NCBI GenBank assembly: GCA_038087875.1
Contig: CM075998.1
Span: 3,040,001-3,104,000, forward strand
DNA from: Malacoraja senta
Lineage: Eukaryota
Direction: 5' to 3'
Length of the DNA: 64,000 nt
Both the position numbers and the translations under genes were made by a program. Below the pieces are notes generated by a model. The model was given only the letters and a program-made list of their open reading frames with translations. It was not told where the DNA came from and did not search any database. Below are positions 37,799 to 52,320 of this stretch, one piece after another. Numbering within the stretch: position 1 is the stretch's first letter; each line of letters begins with the position of its first letter.

Positions 37799-37931
37799 GA
37801 GGGTGGAAGATTGCAACCTTCACGTGGTCCGCCCTGTTTCGACGAATGCAATCAACCAGGCGTGCAGCATCAAATAAGATTAAATAGAACAAGTTGTCCT
37901 ACAACTTTAGGCTGTGCATACCATACGCAAG
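37799..37931 (+). mobile_element. ~135-bp retroposon, copy 3
   Basis: Same sequence; TSD ATCATTACCTA. Confidence 0.85.
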
Positions 37932-38636
37932 ATCATTACCTACGTTACCTGGTGAGGCAGTAAGAGAGAGACTTACTGCCCACTCCAATTTAACAGGTAC
38001 CGAGTCATATGCATGCACTTCAATATTTCACCACGTTCACTGAAGCAATTTAGAAAATCCAGACAGACAAGTTACTTTTGTGCACGTTTGACATCATCCA
38101 TCCAGTGCTTGCATTCTTGTTCTCCCTCAACAAGCATTTGAAGAATGCGGAGCTCCAAGACCCAACTGACCCCACCCCAATCATTCACAGACCAACAGAA
38201 CCACACCGCCATGCAACTTAGGAACACAAAATGATCCCAGAACAAAAGTCTTACTTTAACATTACTGCAGAAATACTGCTACCCAGTAGCTCACCTGCAT
38301 CCCCATTTGCAAACATCAAAATCAATGCTTTTTAGACTTTGGCAAACTCTTATTGAATGTAAATAATCTGTCTCGGTAATACAGTTACTTGGTACAGAAA
38401 CTGACAAACGGTCAGTATTATTGGTCTAAACCTTCTCCAATCTCTTCTCTTTTTTATTTCATAAAAACACATTTCAAACTGCACGAGCAGAACGCTAAAT
38501 ATTGGCCAGGGTTAAGATGTACATGCCCAGGATTCCTGCTTGCCAAATTTTAGTAATATTTATAGAGATACAGCACGGAAACAGGCCCTTCGGCCCACCA
38601 AGTCCGCGCCGACCAGCAATCCACCCCCTGCACTAA

Positions 38637-38841
38637 TGGGCCTGTCCCACTTTCACGAACAAATTCACGACCATTTTTACTCGTGGACATTTTTCATCAT
38701 GCTAGAAAAAACGGCCCGACCGACTTAATACCACGAGTACCTACGACTAGTATCACGGCCTGCTATGACCTCGTGACGACCATGCTGCGAGTATGAGTCA
38801 AGGGCAAACTCGGCAGAGGTCGTGTAACTGGGACAGGCCCT
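38637..38841. mobile_element. PIF/Harbinger-like MITE inserted in a SINE
   Basis: TIRs GGGCCTGTCCCA / TGGGACAGGCCC; TAA on both sides. Confidence 0.75.
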
Positions 38842-39754
38842 TAACACTATCCAAAAACACGAGGGACAATTGGCAATTTTTACCTAAGTCAATTAGCCTA
38901 CAAACCTGTACGTCCTTGGAGTGAGGGAGAAAACCCACGAAGTCATGGGGAGAACGTACAAACTCCGTACAGACAGCACCCGTAGTCATGATCGAACCCG
39001 GGTCTCTGCCCCTGCAAGGCAACAACTCTACCGTTGCGCCATATGGGACACAGAACAGATACATTTTGAATATTAAAGTGAGATGAAACTGCTGTGCATG
39101 AAGAGACTTTATCTACAGATCAGACATGATTTAATTAAAAGACCGTGGGCTCAAAGGGCAGAATGCTGGTCCCATTATAGAAACAGCAGACAATATCATC
39201 CCTTTCTGTTGGTGCATCTCTTCAATTGCCTGTGGTTTTGCTTCATTTAAAAGCTAGTATTTGCATACGATGAGTTACAGGAATGCTTAAGCAAATATAA
39301 ACTAATCTTGAGGATTAAGAAAAAATCCTTTGTTATTCAGGCTCGTTGGACGTCCGAACCGGGAGGGAGTTGGAGAAGTCAGGGCGCAAGGTAGAAGGGG
39401 TGATGCCTCCAGCACCTTCAAGGGGGGGCTGCAGAAGGCGCCCCCGGGACACAAAGATGGACGGACGAGGAGAGGGACGGCGGTTTGCGGGAACTGCTCC
39501 AGTACATCGAGCGGACTTTGAATAATGGTGACGCCAGCATGTGTAATATATGCAAAAAGAATTTCCCTGTGCGGTTGCACATGTGGCAAATAAACGCTAT
39601 TGATATTAACTATTGAGGCAGATATTTTAATTGCTCGGGTCACTTCTTGCTGGATCAGACCCACACAATGGAAGCACTGGTGCGGGGATTGAAAAATAGG
39701 AAAGAACAGAAAAATTGATCATTCCTGCAAACTTGTTCTATTTGTACAAGTATT

Positions 39755-40040
39755 AACCGCGCTTTTGCGGTTGCAGCACCTAGCATGTGGAACAGCATCC
39801 CTCTTCTCATCAGAACTGCCCCCTCCATCGACTCCTTCAAGTCTAGACTTAAAACCTGTTTCTACTCACAAGCGTTTCTTGAGGTCCTCCGAGGGAGCGC
39901 TGTATGTATGTATTCATGTATGTATTGTTAGATCTATGTACCACTGTATGTAGCACGTTAGTATCTGCACTGATGTAAAGCACTTTGGTCAACGAGAGTT
40001 GTTTTTAAATGTGCTATAGAAATAAAATTGACTTGACTAA
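39755..40040 (+). mobile_element. L2-like LINE 3' end
   Basis: RAFAVAAPSMWNSIPLLIRTAPSIDSFKSRLK-like translation, then AATAAA and a (TTGAC)n tail. Confidence 0.7.
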
Positions 40041-41559
40041 AGTTGCGCAATGCCGAATATCTTCTCAGCCAAATGAAAAGCCGAGGTGACCGTGCAAGGC
40101 AGGTTTGAATCTGCTCTTCCCACCTCCCGCTGCAAGCTATATACAGGCTGCACCATTCAACAGCAGCAACAAGGGGAAAGAGAGATCACAGAATGGAAGA
40201 CTACTCACAACAGGTTGCAGAATGTGAGGGGCAATTGAGTGACTTGACCATAAAGTGAACAAATGTTTAAAATGCTGACAACTCATTATCAGGATAGTCT
40301 GAAGTAGCTTCAGTCTGAAGAAGGGTCTCAACCCGAAATGTCACTCATTCCTTCTTTCCAGAGATGCTGCCTGTCCTGCTGAGTTACTCCAGCATGCTGT
40401 GTCTATCTTTGGTGTAAACCAGCATCTGCAGTTCCCACCTACACACCTCATTATCAGGGTGCTCCAGAGACACAAGGAACTGCAGATGCCGAAATCTTGG
40501 GCAAAACACAAAGTGCTACAGTTAAATTCTTATTAAAGATGGTTCAAAGATCTCCAATGAGGTAGACGGTAGGTCAGAACCACATTCTAGTTGGTGAGAG
40601 GACGGTTCAATTGCCTGATAACAGCTGGGAGGAAACGGTCCCTGAATCTGAAATAGTGAGATGTGTTCTTACACCCCGCAAAAGCGAAGGATCAACTTCG
40701 AAGGTGCAGTCAAGGACATGGAAATAAAAAATATTCAATCTTTAAAAATTAGCTTGATACATGAACCAAGAACAGATGTGTATCAGTTGCATTTTGTTTG
40801 AGATACCCAGTGTTTGTGCAACTCATCTTCGAGGGATCCACATGTGATGCAGTGAGATAGTCTATCAGAACCTCTGCAGTTCTTTCTGCAATAAATCTAA
40901 AACCAGTCGGTAGTTTGGTAAAAAAAATTCACTATTTTTTTCCCCACCCCAAAATTCCTGTGAGCGGCGTATACGAAAATGTAATATTAAATGGTGGTTG
41001 GGAATTATTTTTTATTATTATTTTTTTTTAATTTGGTTAAATTCAAACCAGTCTTTGCTGGTTTCTGATAACGGGTGCTGTCTGTAAGGAGTTTGTATGT
41101 CCTCCCTGTGACAAGTGACTCATGAATCCCACGTAACAATCAAATTACAATCTGCACTTTGGGCACAACACAGCACATGGGGAGTAACTCTTTAGCATTT
41201 GCTCAGTTCTCTCTCATGTCCTGAATGATTAAGACGTCATACAATATAGCGGGCCATCTTTCATAGTTTGTACAGATACCGGACCAAGCAAAGCAATACT
41301 TTGAGCTATTTATCACACTTTAACCATCTATTCCAGGGCTCCTACTGAGCAGAATTAAAAGAAGCACAAATCCACAAATGGATCTCTGCATCTCTACAAA
41401 CTGTTAGACAATAGAAACCATCCAGGAAGTTGCAAATGGGATTACACAAAATGCCCGATCAAGGTGATTGAATGAATCCCCCCCCCAAAAAAGTAGAAAG
41501 TTAAACGTTGCCCTCACGAATAACGGCAATATATTGCTCAACTGCTCAATACTGCTGTT

Positions 41560-41903
41560 ACTGCCCCACGAGTCTCGGGCAGATGGGGCTCGTCAGTCTG
41601 GGAAGGCAGTCCATCTAGGAGAGGGAAAACTCTGATTTAAAACCTCCACTGCCTTGTGGCCATATCCAGTCATGGAAAAGGCTCCTGGAGTAAACCTCAA
41701 GAAAATCCGGAGTCGGAGCCCCTAAGGCAGTTCGTCGTTGTCTACAACCTTGCTCTGGCAGCTACTGCAACGGCAATCAGCGACGTGGCAGAGGGGGGGA
41801 CGTGCTGCATTGGCAACAGCCTGTCCTCCATATGACGCCCAGGCTTGCATCGCCCAGGATGCATCACCCACGGTCAGTCATGACCGAGGGGGGCCTACTA
41901 CTA
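41560..41903 (+). mobile_element. Short non-autonomous RTE-like element
   Basis: GGCAGTCCATCTAGGAGAGGGAAAACTCTGATTTAAAACC resembles an RTE 5'UTR; (CTA)n tail; ACTGCTCA flanks both sides. Confidence 0.5.
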
Positions 41904-43152
41904 CTGCTCATTACTAAATCAGAATTCACTACAATATATGGAACCATATCATTTTGGGAGAACAAATCATTACTGCAAAGATATTATCAACAAATTGAAT
42001 TAATTCCATTGGAAAATCCCTTCCACTTTCTCCCCATCAAGGATCTGCACTTGATTCTTGCCTGAAATATTGAGATCTGTGGAATAGTGGATAGAAACAT
42101 AGAAAATAGGTGCAGTAACACTGCTTCGAGCCAGCACTGCCATTCATATGATCATGGCTGATCATCCAAAATCAGTACCCCGTTCCTGTTTTTCCCCCAT
42201 ATCCCTTGAATTTATTAGCCCCAACAGATAAATCTAACTCATGAATCGAAGAAAACTGTCACAACAGGGCACAAACAAATTAACTTTCCCTATTGAAAAG
42301 TTCTTATGTAGCTTGTGGACCTGAGAAGCGAATGCAAGGTTAGTACAACCCATCGACATGAAATTTCAAAAGCCAGGAAATGTTTATCCACGAGTAGATC
42401 ATCTGCTGCGTTGGATTTCTGGAATTCTACCAACCCCCAACTTGATCCTGAAACACTAAAGTGAAACAAAGCACGTACACAGGATGTTCTCAAATGGAAG
42501 TGGAGGCTTTGTGTTACTGGCAGTCAGCCTCCATGTTGGCAAGAGCTTGGGGAAGGGAAGGAAGATCACTGCAGGTCTCTTGTGCATCCGCCATTTCCTC
42601 CAGCCAGCATTACTAACTGCAAAGCACAAAATGCTGGAGGAACTCAGCGAGTCAGAAAACGCTTGTGGAGGTGCTCAGGAAAGAACTGCAGATGCTGTTC
42701 ACACCGAAGATAGACACAAAAAGGTGGAGTAACTGCGGGTCAGGCAGCATCTCTGGGTGTTGTTTCAGAATAGGTGATGTTTCGGGTCAGGACCCTTCTG
42801 GAGGGAATGGACAGGCTACATTTTGGGTCAGGACAATAGGTGCAAGAGTAGGCCATTTGGCCCTTCAAGCCAGCACCGCCAATCACTGTGATCATGGCTG
42901 ATCATCCCCAATCAGTACCCCGTTCCTGCCTTCTCCCCATATCCCCTGACTCCGCTATTTTTAAGAGCCCTATCTAGCTCTCTCTTGAAAGCATCCAGAG
43001 AACCTGCCTCCACCGCCCTCTGATGCAGAGAATTTCACAGACTCACCACTCTCTGTGAGAAAGTGTTTCCTCGTCTCCGTTTTAAATGGCTTACTCTTTA
43101 TTCTTAAACTGTGGCCCCTGGTTCTGTACTCCCCCAACATCGGGAACATGTT

Positions 43153-43376
43153 GTTAAAGAAGGAACTGCAGATGCTGGAAAATCGAAGGTACACAAAAAT
43201 GCTGGAGAAACTCAGCGGGTGCAGCAGCATCTATGGAGCGAAGGAAATAGGTAACGTTTCGGGCCGAAACCCTTCTTCAGTCTGAAGAAGGGTTTCGGCC
43301 CGAAACGTTACCTATTTCCTTCGCTCCATAGATGCTGCTGCACCCGCTGAGTTTCTCCAGCATTTTTGTGTACCTT
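43153..43376. mobile_element. Short hairpin Penelope-associated element with a hammerhead-like motif
   Basis: Perfect 97-bp inverted arms (43184-43378) around one T; 12-bp TSD CGGGAACATGTT; inserted in a CR1 fragment. Confidence 0.85.
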
Positions 43377-46300
43377 CGGGAACATGTTTCCTGCCTCTAG
43401 CGTGTCCAAACCCTTAACAATCTTGTGTTTCAATGAGATACCCTCTCATCCTTCTAAACTCCAGAGTGTACAAGCCCAGCTGCTCCATTCTCTCAGCATA
43501 TGACAGTCCCGCCATCCCGGGATTTAACCTTGTAAACGTATGCTGCACTCCCTCAATAGCAAGAATGACCTTTCTTCAGACTGGTTAACCTGGCATCGCC
43601 AACCTTCCTCCCCTCACAAGGGCAGATATTCACTGATGATTGCATGTTGTTTAATTCACAACTCCTCAGTAAATGAAGCAGGTCGTGCCTGCACGCTGCA
43701 AGACAACGATCAAGCAAGGACTGATAAGTGATATTTGGGGCAATAAGAATGCAAGACAATGGTTAGAATATCATGCAGCACAGAAGCAGGCTGCAAATAT
43801 CTCCACCAAATCCATTCTCCAGCTCTCAAACTGTATCCTTCATGTCATGATAACCTGAAACACCCAAAATACTCAGTTCTCTAGTAGGCAAGTTATCCAT
43901 CTTAGTTCTGGTAGGGAAGAAGGGATGAAAATACAACCAAATTCTCATATTTCCATGCAATTTGCAGCATTCAAAAACATTGAACCCTCAAAGCAAACAC
44001 TTTTCAGAAGTAATTCTGTGGCAGAAAAGCACATGGGCGACAAGTCACGGAAGTAATGATTAAGATGCAAGTTCTCTTCCTTTGCAAATACTTTTCTTTT
44101 TTTTAAGTTCGACTCTTTAAAAGGCATTCAAGTGAACAAAAGACTCCAAAACATGTTTTGAAGTCCTATGCCTTTGTGCCGGAAAAACTAATCAGAAGCA
44201 AAGAACAGCTTTGCATAAACAGCAGAAGCATGGAAACATAGAAAAATAGGTGCAGGAGTTGGCCATTCGGCCCTTCGAGCCAGCTGATCATCTAAAATCA
44301 GTACCCCGTTCCTGCTTTAACCCCATATCCCTCGATTCCTTTAGCCCCAATAGCTTAATCTAACTCTCTTGAAAACATCCAGTGAATTGGCCTCCACTGC
44401 CTTCTGTGGCAGAGAATTCCACAGATTTACAACTCTCTGGGTGAAGAGGTTTTTCCTCATCTCAGTCCTTACGTGCATTGTTTTGGAGTCTTTTGTTCAC
44501 TTGAATGCCTTTTAAAGAGTAGAACAACAGAGAACAGCTCCTGTCTTTCCGGTTGGAAGGCAAATGAACATTTTCATACGCTGGCTAGATATGCCACGAC
44601 TCGAAGGATGTGGGCCTGCAAACATCCTTGGGTCCTAACATCCTGTCCCACAGAGTCACTGGAAAAATAATTCCCTTTGGGGCGGAAAACCTGCCGCATC
44701 AGCCAAGAACAGTCTTTCCCTTATTAGTTGTTGAAGCATGTTTTACAGTAGCCTTAATCCCCAAATGTACAGTGGTGGATTCCAAGTCTACAAACCAGCC
44801 GTGACTTATATCTGCTTCCGTTATTTTGTCCTCGATGCAGCTGTTTAATTATTAACTTCGCAGTGATTACAATTAATTAATAGGATTGGATCTACATAGG
44901 CCGAGCACCAGGAAGCCTGGCAGCTGAACCTGAAGCTGCGTCCACAATGGAAAGGTCAATGTTTGTTTGCTACTCACCTCAGAATAGTCTGGAGATGAGA
45001 AAAGGAAGATTTTTGGGAGGGGAGGAAAGATTTGATTCAAGGCACTACAATAAAAATGACTTTTTATTTTAAAACAATTATTTCAATTACACTTTCAGCT
45101 CATATCCATCCTGATATTTATGAACACTTAACTATCCAAAAGAATAGTTTAGAGGGGTACGGCATGGAAACAGGCCATTCGGCCCACTGAGTCCGCGCTA
45201 ACCATCAATCACACGTTCACACTAGTTCTATGTTATTCCACTTTCTCATCCACTCCCTACACACTAGGGGCACTTTTATAGAGGCCAATTACCGACAAAA
45301 CTACACATCTTTAGTGTGTGGGAGGAAGTCGGAGCACCCAGCAGAAACCCACAAGGTCACAGGGAGAACATGCAAACTCCACGCAGACAGCACCCTAGGT
45401 CAGGATCAAACCCGGGTCTCTTGCACTGTGAGGATGCAGCTCTAACAGCTGTGCCACTGTGCCGTCCATAAAAGTCTTCCATTCATGAAAATGGTCATCA
45501 GAAAATGAAGAAGTCTGAAGAAGGGTCTCAACCTTAAACATCACCCATTCCTTCTCTCCACATATGCTGCCTGTCCCACTGACTTACTCCAGCATTTTAT
45601 GTCTATCTTCAGAAAATGAAGCTGGCACTTGGGATACCCCAAGCTTGATAAAAAAGATGCTCATCCATGAACCAGTTTAGAAGAGTTTTTTCTTTTGCAA
45701 ATTCCCACACTTCCTGTTTAGTGATCTGGAAATAACAAACTGTTGGAAATACCCAAGGAAGTCAGATGCTGCAATATTTCCAGTATTTTGCGTATTAGTT
45801 CAGATTTCCAACATATGGCTTGTTTCTGTTTGTGGTAACCTTGGGCTAATCGAGAATCGAGGAGGGGAGAGTATCATTCGGGTGTTTCATATCAGAGGGG
45901 CGGAGGTCAGCATCTGCCAGTCTGGAGTGTACGTTAGTGTGCAGAGGACATCCTGCCTTTGTTCACGATTTGTTTCTCATGCACTTTTCTACGTCAAAGT
46001 AGGTTTAATTGTTCAGACTTTACAGCCAATAAATTCAGTCAGAAGGGTCCTGACCCGAAATGTCACCGATCAGAGATGGTGCCTAACCTGCTGAATTACT
46101 CCAGCAATGTGTCCTTTTTTGGCCAATTAACCACCAAGCGAAGTGCAAAACTTTGATTGTTAATACTTATGACCAAAGATCCTAGAGCCGCTCTTAAGAT
46201 CTTTGCTGATGACCAAGGTGCCATTAATCTACCTCTACTCTTTACGTGCTCAAAATGTCCACTGTATTTTGCTTTTCTTAATGTACTGGCAATTAATTTG

Positions 46301-49300
46301 AATTCGTTTTAACCAGTGCTGCATGTTCTGTTTGAATGACATTGTTTCAAAGAGATCCTTATCACATCTTACAACAAACACAATGTAGTGCATTGTCTTT
46401 CTCCCCCTCTCTTATTGTGATGCTCAATTACCAGAGAGAGCATCAGATAGCAATGCAAGTTACAAGCTAAGATAGACAAAAGTGCTGGAGAAACTCAGCG
46501 GGTGCAGCAGCATCTATGGAGCGAAGGAAATAGGCAACGTTTCGGGCCGAAACCCTTCTTCAGACTAACTTGAGAACAAAGGCTTCCCTGATCAGTGCAG
46601 TTTAAAATGAGTGCAGAGACAGGTCTTGCAGCTTAGGGAGATATCAGATAAAAAAAGGACACAAAGTGCTCGAGTAACTTAACTGGTCAGAAGCATCTCT
46701 GCTGAACATGGATAGGTGGCCTTTTAGGTCAGGACCCTTCTATCTCTTGCATCTCAGATCTCTTGTGCATGCTGAACAAGGGTCCCGACCTGAAGTATCA
46801 CCTATCCATGTTCTCCACAGATGCTGCCTGTCTCGCCGAGTTACTCCAGCTTTTTGTGTCTATCTTCGATTTAAACCAGCATCTGCTGTTCCTTCTTCCA
46901 CATCTATTCCACCACCTGCAGGTAACCACATTTTATTTAACTGAAAATGACATAAAAAGCTCCATAGAGCTAGTAGCTAATTATGATAGCATGCCATAGC
47001 AAGTTTTACTGAAAATTATAATGTAGTATTTAAAACTTAAAATATCCCTGTTAGTGCAGAACAATCTATCTATAGAAAGATTAAAGTGTACCTCCCAAAA
47101 TCTAGCAAACAGGCACAACTAGTGGGAACAAAGTGATTCATCCTATCTTGGGACATGGCCAGATTTGAGGGTAGGGCTGTTCAGAACACAGTGCTTTATA
47201 CCAGCGCGGGACAGTAAGGAAGCCATTTGCACCAGTGCAATTTTTTGTGCTCTAAATTTTGTGGTGGGCAATTTTAGGCAAATGAAGGTAAAAAAATATC
47301 AACAGTGCAAGTAAACAGAAACTTGTGCCTCGAGGAATTCTTTCGTTGAAGGATTAAGTAACAGCTCAGGTTCTCTAACTTGGTTTCTATAACGCCATCA
47401 CATAACAGATGCAATTTCTCTTTCGAACACTGCTGACATCTCTTGGGATTCGGACAGCTTGAATAAAAATGCACACACAAACACATACAATCTGTAGCCA
47501 CCACATCTATCTTGTCAATCCACCCCAGCCAAATATTTACAACTGGAATGGCTTCCGGACAGAGCCAAATTCACAAGGAAACCAAACCAGTGCAATCTTT
47601 AGGTTTTCATCACAATACAATTCAAAGCAACTCAACATGCTTTAAAAAAGAATTCAAAGGAACTGGGCTATTTCAGCGAGTTTGATAATTGACTAAAAGA
47701 TGACAACGTATTTTCCAAGTAAGCAATAGTCTGCAGCGGTTTCAAATTTCAGTCACATAGCTCGAACAGAACAGCCACTGAGTGAGAGGTTGAAACATCA
47801 CATTAGTGCACCAGTAAGCGTAATTAATAAAGGCGACAGAGTGGTGTAGCAGGTAGTGCTACTGGCCCTATCCCAACCTGGAACATCACCAGTTGAGCTC
47901 CCATGCTCGCTCTCTCTCTGATCATGTGCAAAACAACGCTGCCTGACCCGCTGAGTTCATCCAGCACTTTGTGTTTAGCTCAAGATTCTAGCATCTGCAG
48001 TTCGTCTCTGACCGTGCCGGTTCCCCTTAAGTTATTTTCTTCCAACATCCCAAAGATGAAGTGAATGATCGGTTAATTGGTGACTGAACATTACCCCTCG
48101 TGCAGGTGGGTGGTGGGAGAATAAAGGTGGATATGGGAAAGAAACAGCTTACACAGTTGGTAGGTGACGCCGGATTGATGGGATCAGCCTGGGCCAGATC
48201 AGACACAATGGGCAGAATGGCATACATAATGAAGATGTGAACGGATCCTGTCCTTAAATATTTTTAATGGTCACACAGTTAATGATTTTTGAAAATGTAA
48301 AGTATATTAGTCATACAGCACAGAAACAGGCCCTTCGGCACAATTTGCCCATGCCAACCAAGATACCCCATCTACACTAGTCACACCTGTCCACGTTTGA
48401 CCTATAGCCATTTAAACTATTCCAATCCAGGAACCTGTCCAAATTAGCCAGTGTCAAATAATACTGTTCAGCATTGCAAGTTCTTGGTCAACTTGCAACC
48501 AACAGAATATTTCAGTATCTTGTACATCGGACAAAAGGCAAAATTGATCACTCAGGTAACTGCTGCACCCATCAATAATAACTTGTGTCGATTAACAAAT
48601 GACATAATTCCAGTGATTAATATTATTCTAGGGGCAGGTTAAAGGTACACTTTATGACTCTACGTTGCAAGAGAAACATTTGACAAATGATTGCACAAGG
48701 CTTTGGTGCAAGTTATGGTTCAACAAGCATTTTATCACTGGTTCTCCTTAAATAAATGTTTGCCACACTACAAAAATCAATTCATGTTTATCAGTGGGCT
48801 GGCTAAGTCCTTCCACAGTAAAGGATGCATTACATCTTGGCACCTCATCAAAAATGACAATTCGTTGATAACAAGGCCAAGCGGCGATGCTGCAATACGG
48901 TCTTTGACTCAAAATGTTAATAGTTTCTTTCTTCACAGTTACAGCCCGACTTGCTGTGTCTCTCCCCCTCTCCCGGCATTAGTGCAGTCAAAATTAATTT
49001 TGCTCTACCTCGCTCAAAGCCTACAATTGTACCGTAGACGATGAGGTCATTAGATATTACTCAAAGTGGAAAAAAATAAGCAATTCTGTCTGCATTTTCC
49101 ACACCAGTGCTTGCCAGAATTATCAAGTCCATACAAGATATTGACACGCTGAACCACTCCACATTGTGGTACAGGACCAAGCAAATTTGTTAATTTAAAC
49201 ACTAAGGGGATATCTTTTGGCCGGTGGTGAGAGAGATTGCCGTTGCACCCAATTCCACTGCATGCAATGTGGGAACTGACTGCATTACTTCCCTGAAGAG

Positions 49301-50849
49301 CGCTGCAAAAAAAAAGCAAAATGTTCATGCCAAAACTAAACCGGAAAACAAATCAGCACAAAACATTGGATAAACTGGGCAATTTATCAGAGCCTAACAC
49401 CATGTTGGGTTGGATAGCATTCCTGAGTGCAGTACAGGATATAAACCACTCGTGGGAATATAAACACATTACATGCATCGCATTCAAAATAAAGAACAGC
49501 AGATACACCAAGCCACTATGTGGTAATGCAAATGGCGCACTTACCTCATGGAAGTAATTAAAAAAAATACACAGGCAATGTATTAAAATGATTATATTTT
49601 GTCAAAATGAGAAAACTCAGCATGCCTTTTTTAGGTAGCTGTGCTGTTCAAGAAACATGTCTTCACATTGAATAGCATCGCTAAAATACAAGCTTGCTGT
49701 TATTCTGGGATCAGACAGCAAGGATGACTGCATATTCCCCCTCATATCCAACTGCCATCTTTGACTGTTTTCCCCCAAACCATATCAAGTATAAGAAGTG
49801 AATGGATTTCTTTAACTGCTTTTAACCATGGTCTCTGGTTTGGGGCTCCTAGTGATATGAATATAAACTGCTCATTTCCATACGCGGGCATCCAGAACTC
49901 TTCTGAAAACCCCATCTTCCTGAAGATAGTAAAAAGGACAGAGTCCCTATTCAAATTCTACCCTGCTTACAGCAAACTTCATTTTGGAGTGTCTTGGAAA
50001 AGACCGGTGGGGGGGGGGGGAAGCAAGATAACACTTAGCCAAGCCAATCCAGTATGGCAACACAAGAAATAGAAGATGCAGGAATCTTGAGAAAGACACA
50101 AAGTGCTGGATGAACTCAGCAGGTCAGGTAGCATCTGTGGAGAGAATGGACAGATTATGTTTCAGGTCCAAACTCTTCTTCAGTCTGGCAACATTATGGG
50201 TCAGGATGGTAGACAAAAATACTGGAGAAACTCAGCGGGTGAGGCAACATCTATGGAGCGAAGGAAATAGGCAACATTTTGGGTCGAAACCCTTCTTCAG
50301 ACTGAAGAAGGGTTTAGACCAGAAACGTTGCCCATTTCCTTTCGATTTTCCAGCATCTGCAGTTCCTTCTTAAACATTATGGGTCAGGACCCTTCCTCAG
50401 ACTTGTTGATCTATTTGATCAGTAGTGCAAAACCCATATACGCTTCCTGCTCATATATCCATTTATTTCACTTTTATTAACCCAGCTTTTCCAATTTGAT
50501 ATACAAACTGTACTTGGTTTAAAAAAAAAGGTTAAGGTTATTATTCCTGCAGTTTCCATATTCTTGCGTACAGAGGAGCACCATTCCCTGCTCTGTTGTA
50601 TTTTCACATCTAAAGCAATCCCTCATCCTTGATCCTCAATCGGTGCTGTTTAAATCAACACTGTTCAATTATAAATGTTCAAGATCTCTATCAAACCATT
50701 GTGCTGACAGACACTATCAAAGTCCCAACTCACGTGACTGCAATTGCAACACAGACATTTGCGCTGAATTTTCAGAGTTTTTTTTTGACAAGCTTGAACT
50801 ATGGAATAGAAATTATTTCGTAACCATTCCCGGTAACCAACCACTTCCA

Positions 50850-50965
50850 TTCCCAGGCCTCCTCCATTGCCAGAGTGAGGAAACACACTAACTGGAAGAA
50901 CAGCACCTCACATTTCACTTGGATAGCTTACGACCCAACGGTATGAACATTGAATTCCCCAACTT
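50850..50965 (+). mobile_element. Penelope-like element fragment, degraded
   Basis: GLLHCQSEETH*LEEQHLTFHLDSLRPNGMNIEF, the same family as 1-192; a further interrupted copy lies on the minus strand at about 33500-34700. Confidence 0.65.
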
Positions 50966-52260
50966 GTGCTAAACTAAACCTCCCCCCTTCTCATCCACAC
51001 AGATCCTCTCAAGCACACTGTTTAAGAAGGAACTGCAGATGCTGGAAAAATGAAAGGTAGACAAAAATGCTGGAGAAACTCAGCGGGTGAGGCAGCATCT
51101 ATGGAGCGAAGGAAATAGGCAACGTCACTTCAGTTCAACATTTTCAGACTGAAGGGTCTCGACCCGAAACGTTGCCTACTTCCTTCGCTCTATAGATGCT
51201 GCCTCGCCCGCTGAGTTTCTCCAGCATTTTTGTCTACTCTCAAGCACAGTTTTCTTCCCACTGCCCCCTCACCCAACTCCTCTTCTCCTTCCCCATCCCC
51301 ACAGGGCCCCCTATTTCCCCCCCCCCCCTTCCCATCTCCCCACCATCGCTCCTTCTGGTTCTACATTTCATTCCTCAGATTCCACCATCTGCAGCCCTTT
51401 GTTTTCTACACTGATCACCTCTAGCCTTTGCAAATATCACCACCCATCTCTTTTCCCATCTTATCAGCCATCGACCCAACCTTACCTGGGTCCACCTATC
51501 ACTTGCCCCTCTCCTTTCCCTTCACCTCCTTGCTCCCCCTACTCCACTCAAAAAGCCCTGACCCAAAATGTCATCTTGCTATCTTCTTTCGCAGATTTTT
51601 ACTTTGGATTTGGACAACACTGCTGGATTAAAGGAGAGGTGTAAACAGAATCAATTGTAGTTTTCAATATAGAATTAGAAAAATTATATCAAAAGTTAAA
51701 AAATAACGTGGAAAGATAAAAGTATAAATAGGTTCCTTCTGTGTTACATCATTCCGATTTTATTTATGCCAACCAACACCACCTGTGAACATATAGTTAA
51801 CTACCAAATAGAATAGGACATGATAACATCCCTTCAAACTCTCCATTGAAGAGTCCATAGCATTAAAGACCAGAGCAAGCTGTTAACACAAGTGTACAAC
51901 CTAATGACTTAGCACCGTTGCAAGAAAACACTTCCTCCAGAGAGAATCAATAACTTTATATCTAATCTTGGTTTCAAGAAACTTTCAAACTGTTAAGAAG
52001 TGGGAATGACCAGGAAATCCAAGTACATGTAATACGCGTGGAGCCGGCACGCGCTGGAGGTCACCGCCCGAGTTAGTTATCACAATCAGAACAAGGTTTC
52101 CACACGAACCTGCCAGTAACACCGCTCTCGTGTTGAAGATAAATTAAAGGGCAGGAAGAAGATATCTTTCGGGCATTAAATGTACCCATGCCGTGAGATT
52201 GACGCTTTCTTCTATCCTGAAGGAAAAAAAACTAAATGAAAGTCAATCTAAAAGACTTAC

Positions 52261-52320
52261 GATGCATTCGCGAACTTGGTTGTGAAAGAGCTGTGTTCTA
52301 ATTATAACATCGTCTTCCAT
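52261..52320 (-). CDS. LMBR1L: LMBR1L coding exon 1 (MEDDVIIRTQLFHNQVRECI)
   Basis: ATG at 52320-52318 in GCGATGG context; translation resembles the LMBR1/LMBR1L N-terminus (R-x-Q-L-F-H-x-x-x-R-E-C-I); GTAAGT donor at 52260-52255. Confidence 0.92.

Noticed and set aside
2135..52320. Calling the gene LMBR1
   Set aside because: Diagnostic peptides (FAYFFTESEGFAGS, WQRNLGYPLAM, AEFTT) and the adjacent alpha-tubulin favour LMBR1L, although exon 6 has some LMBR1-like residues
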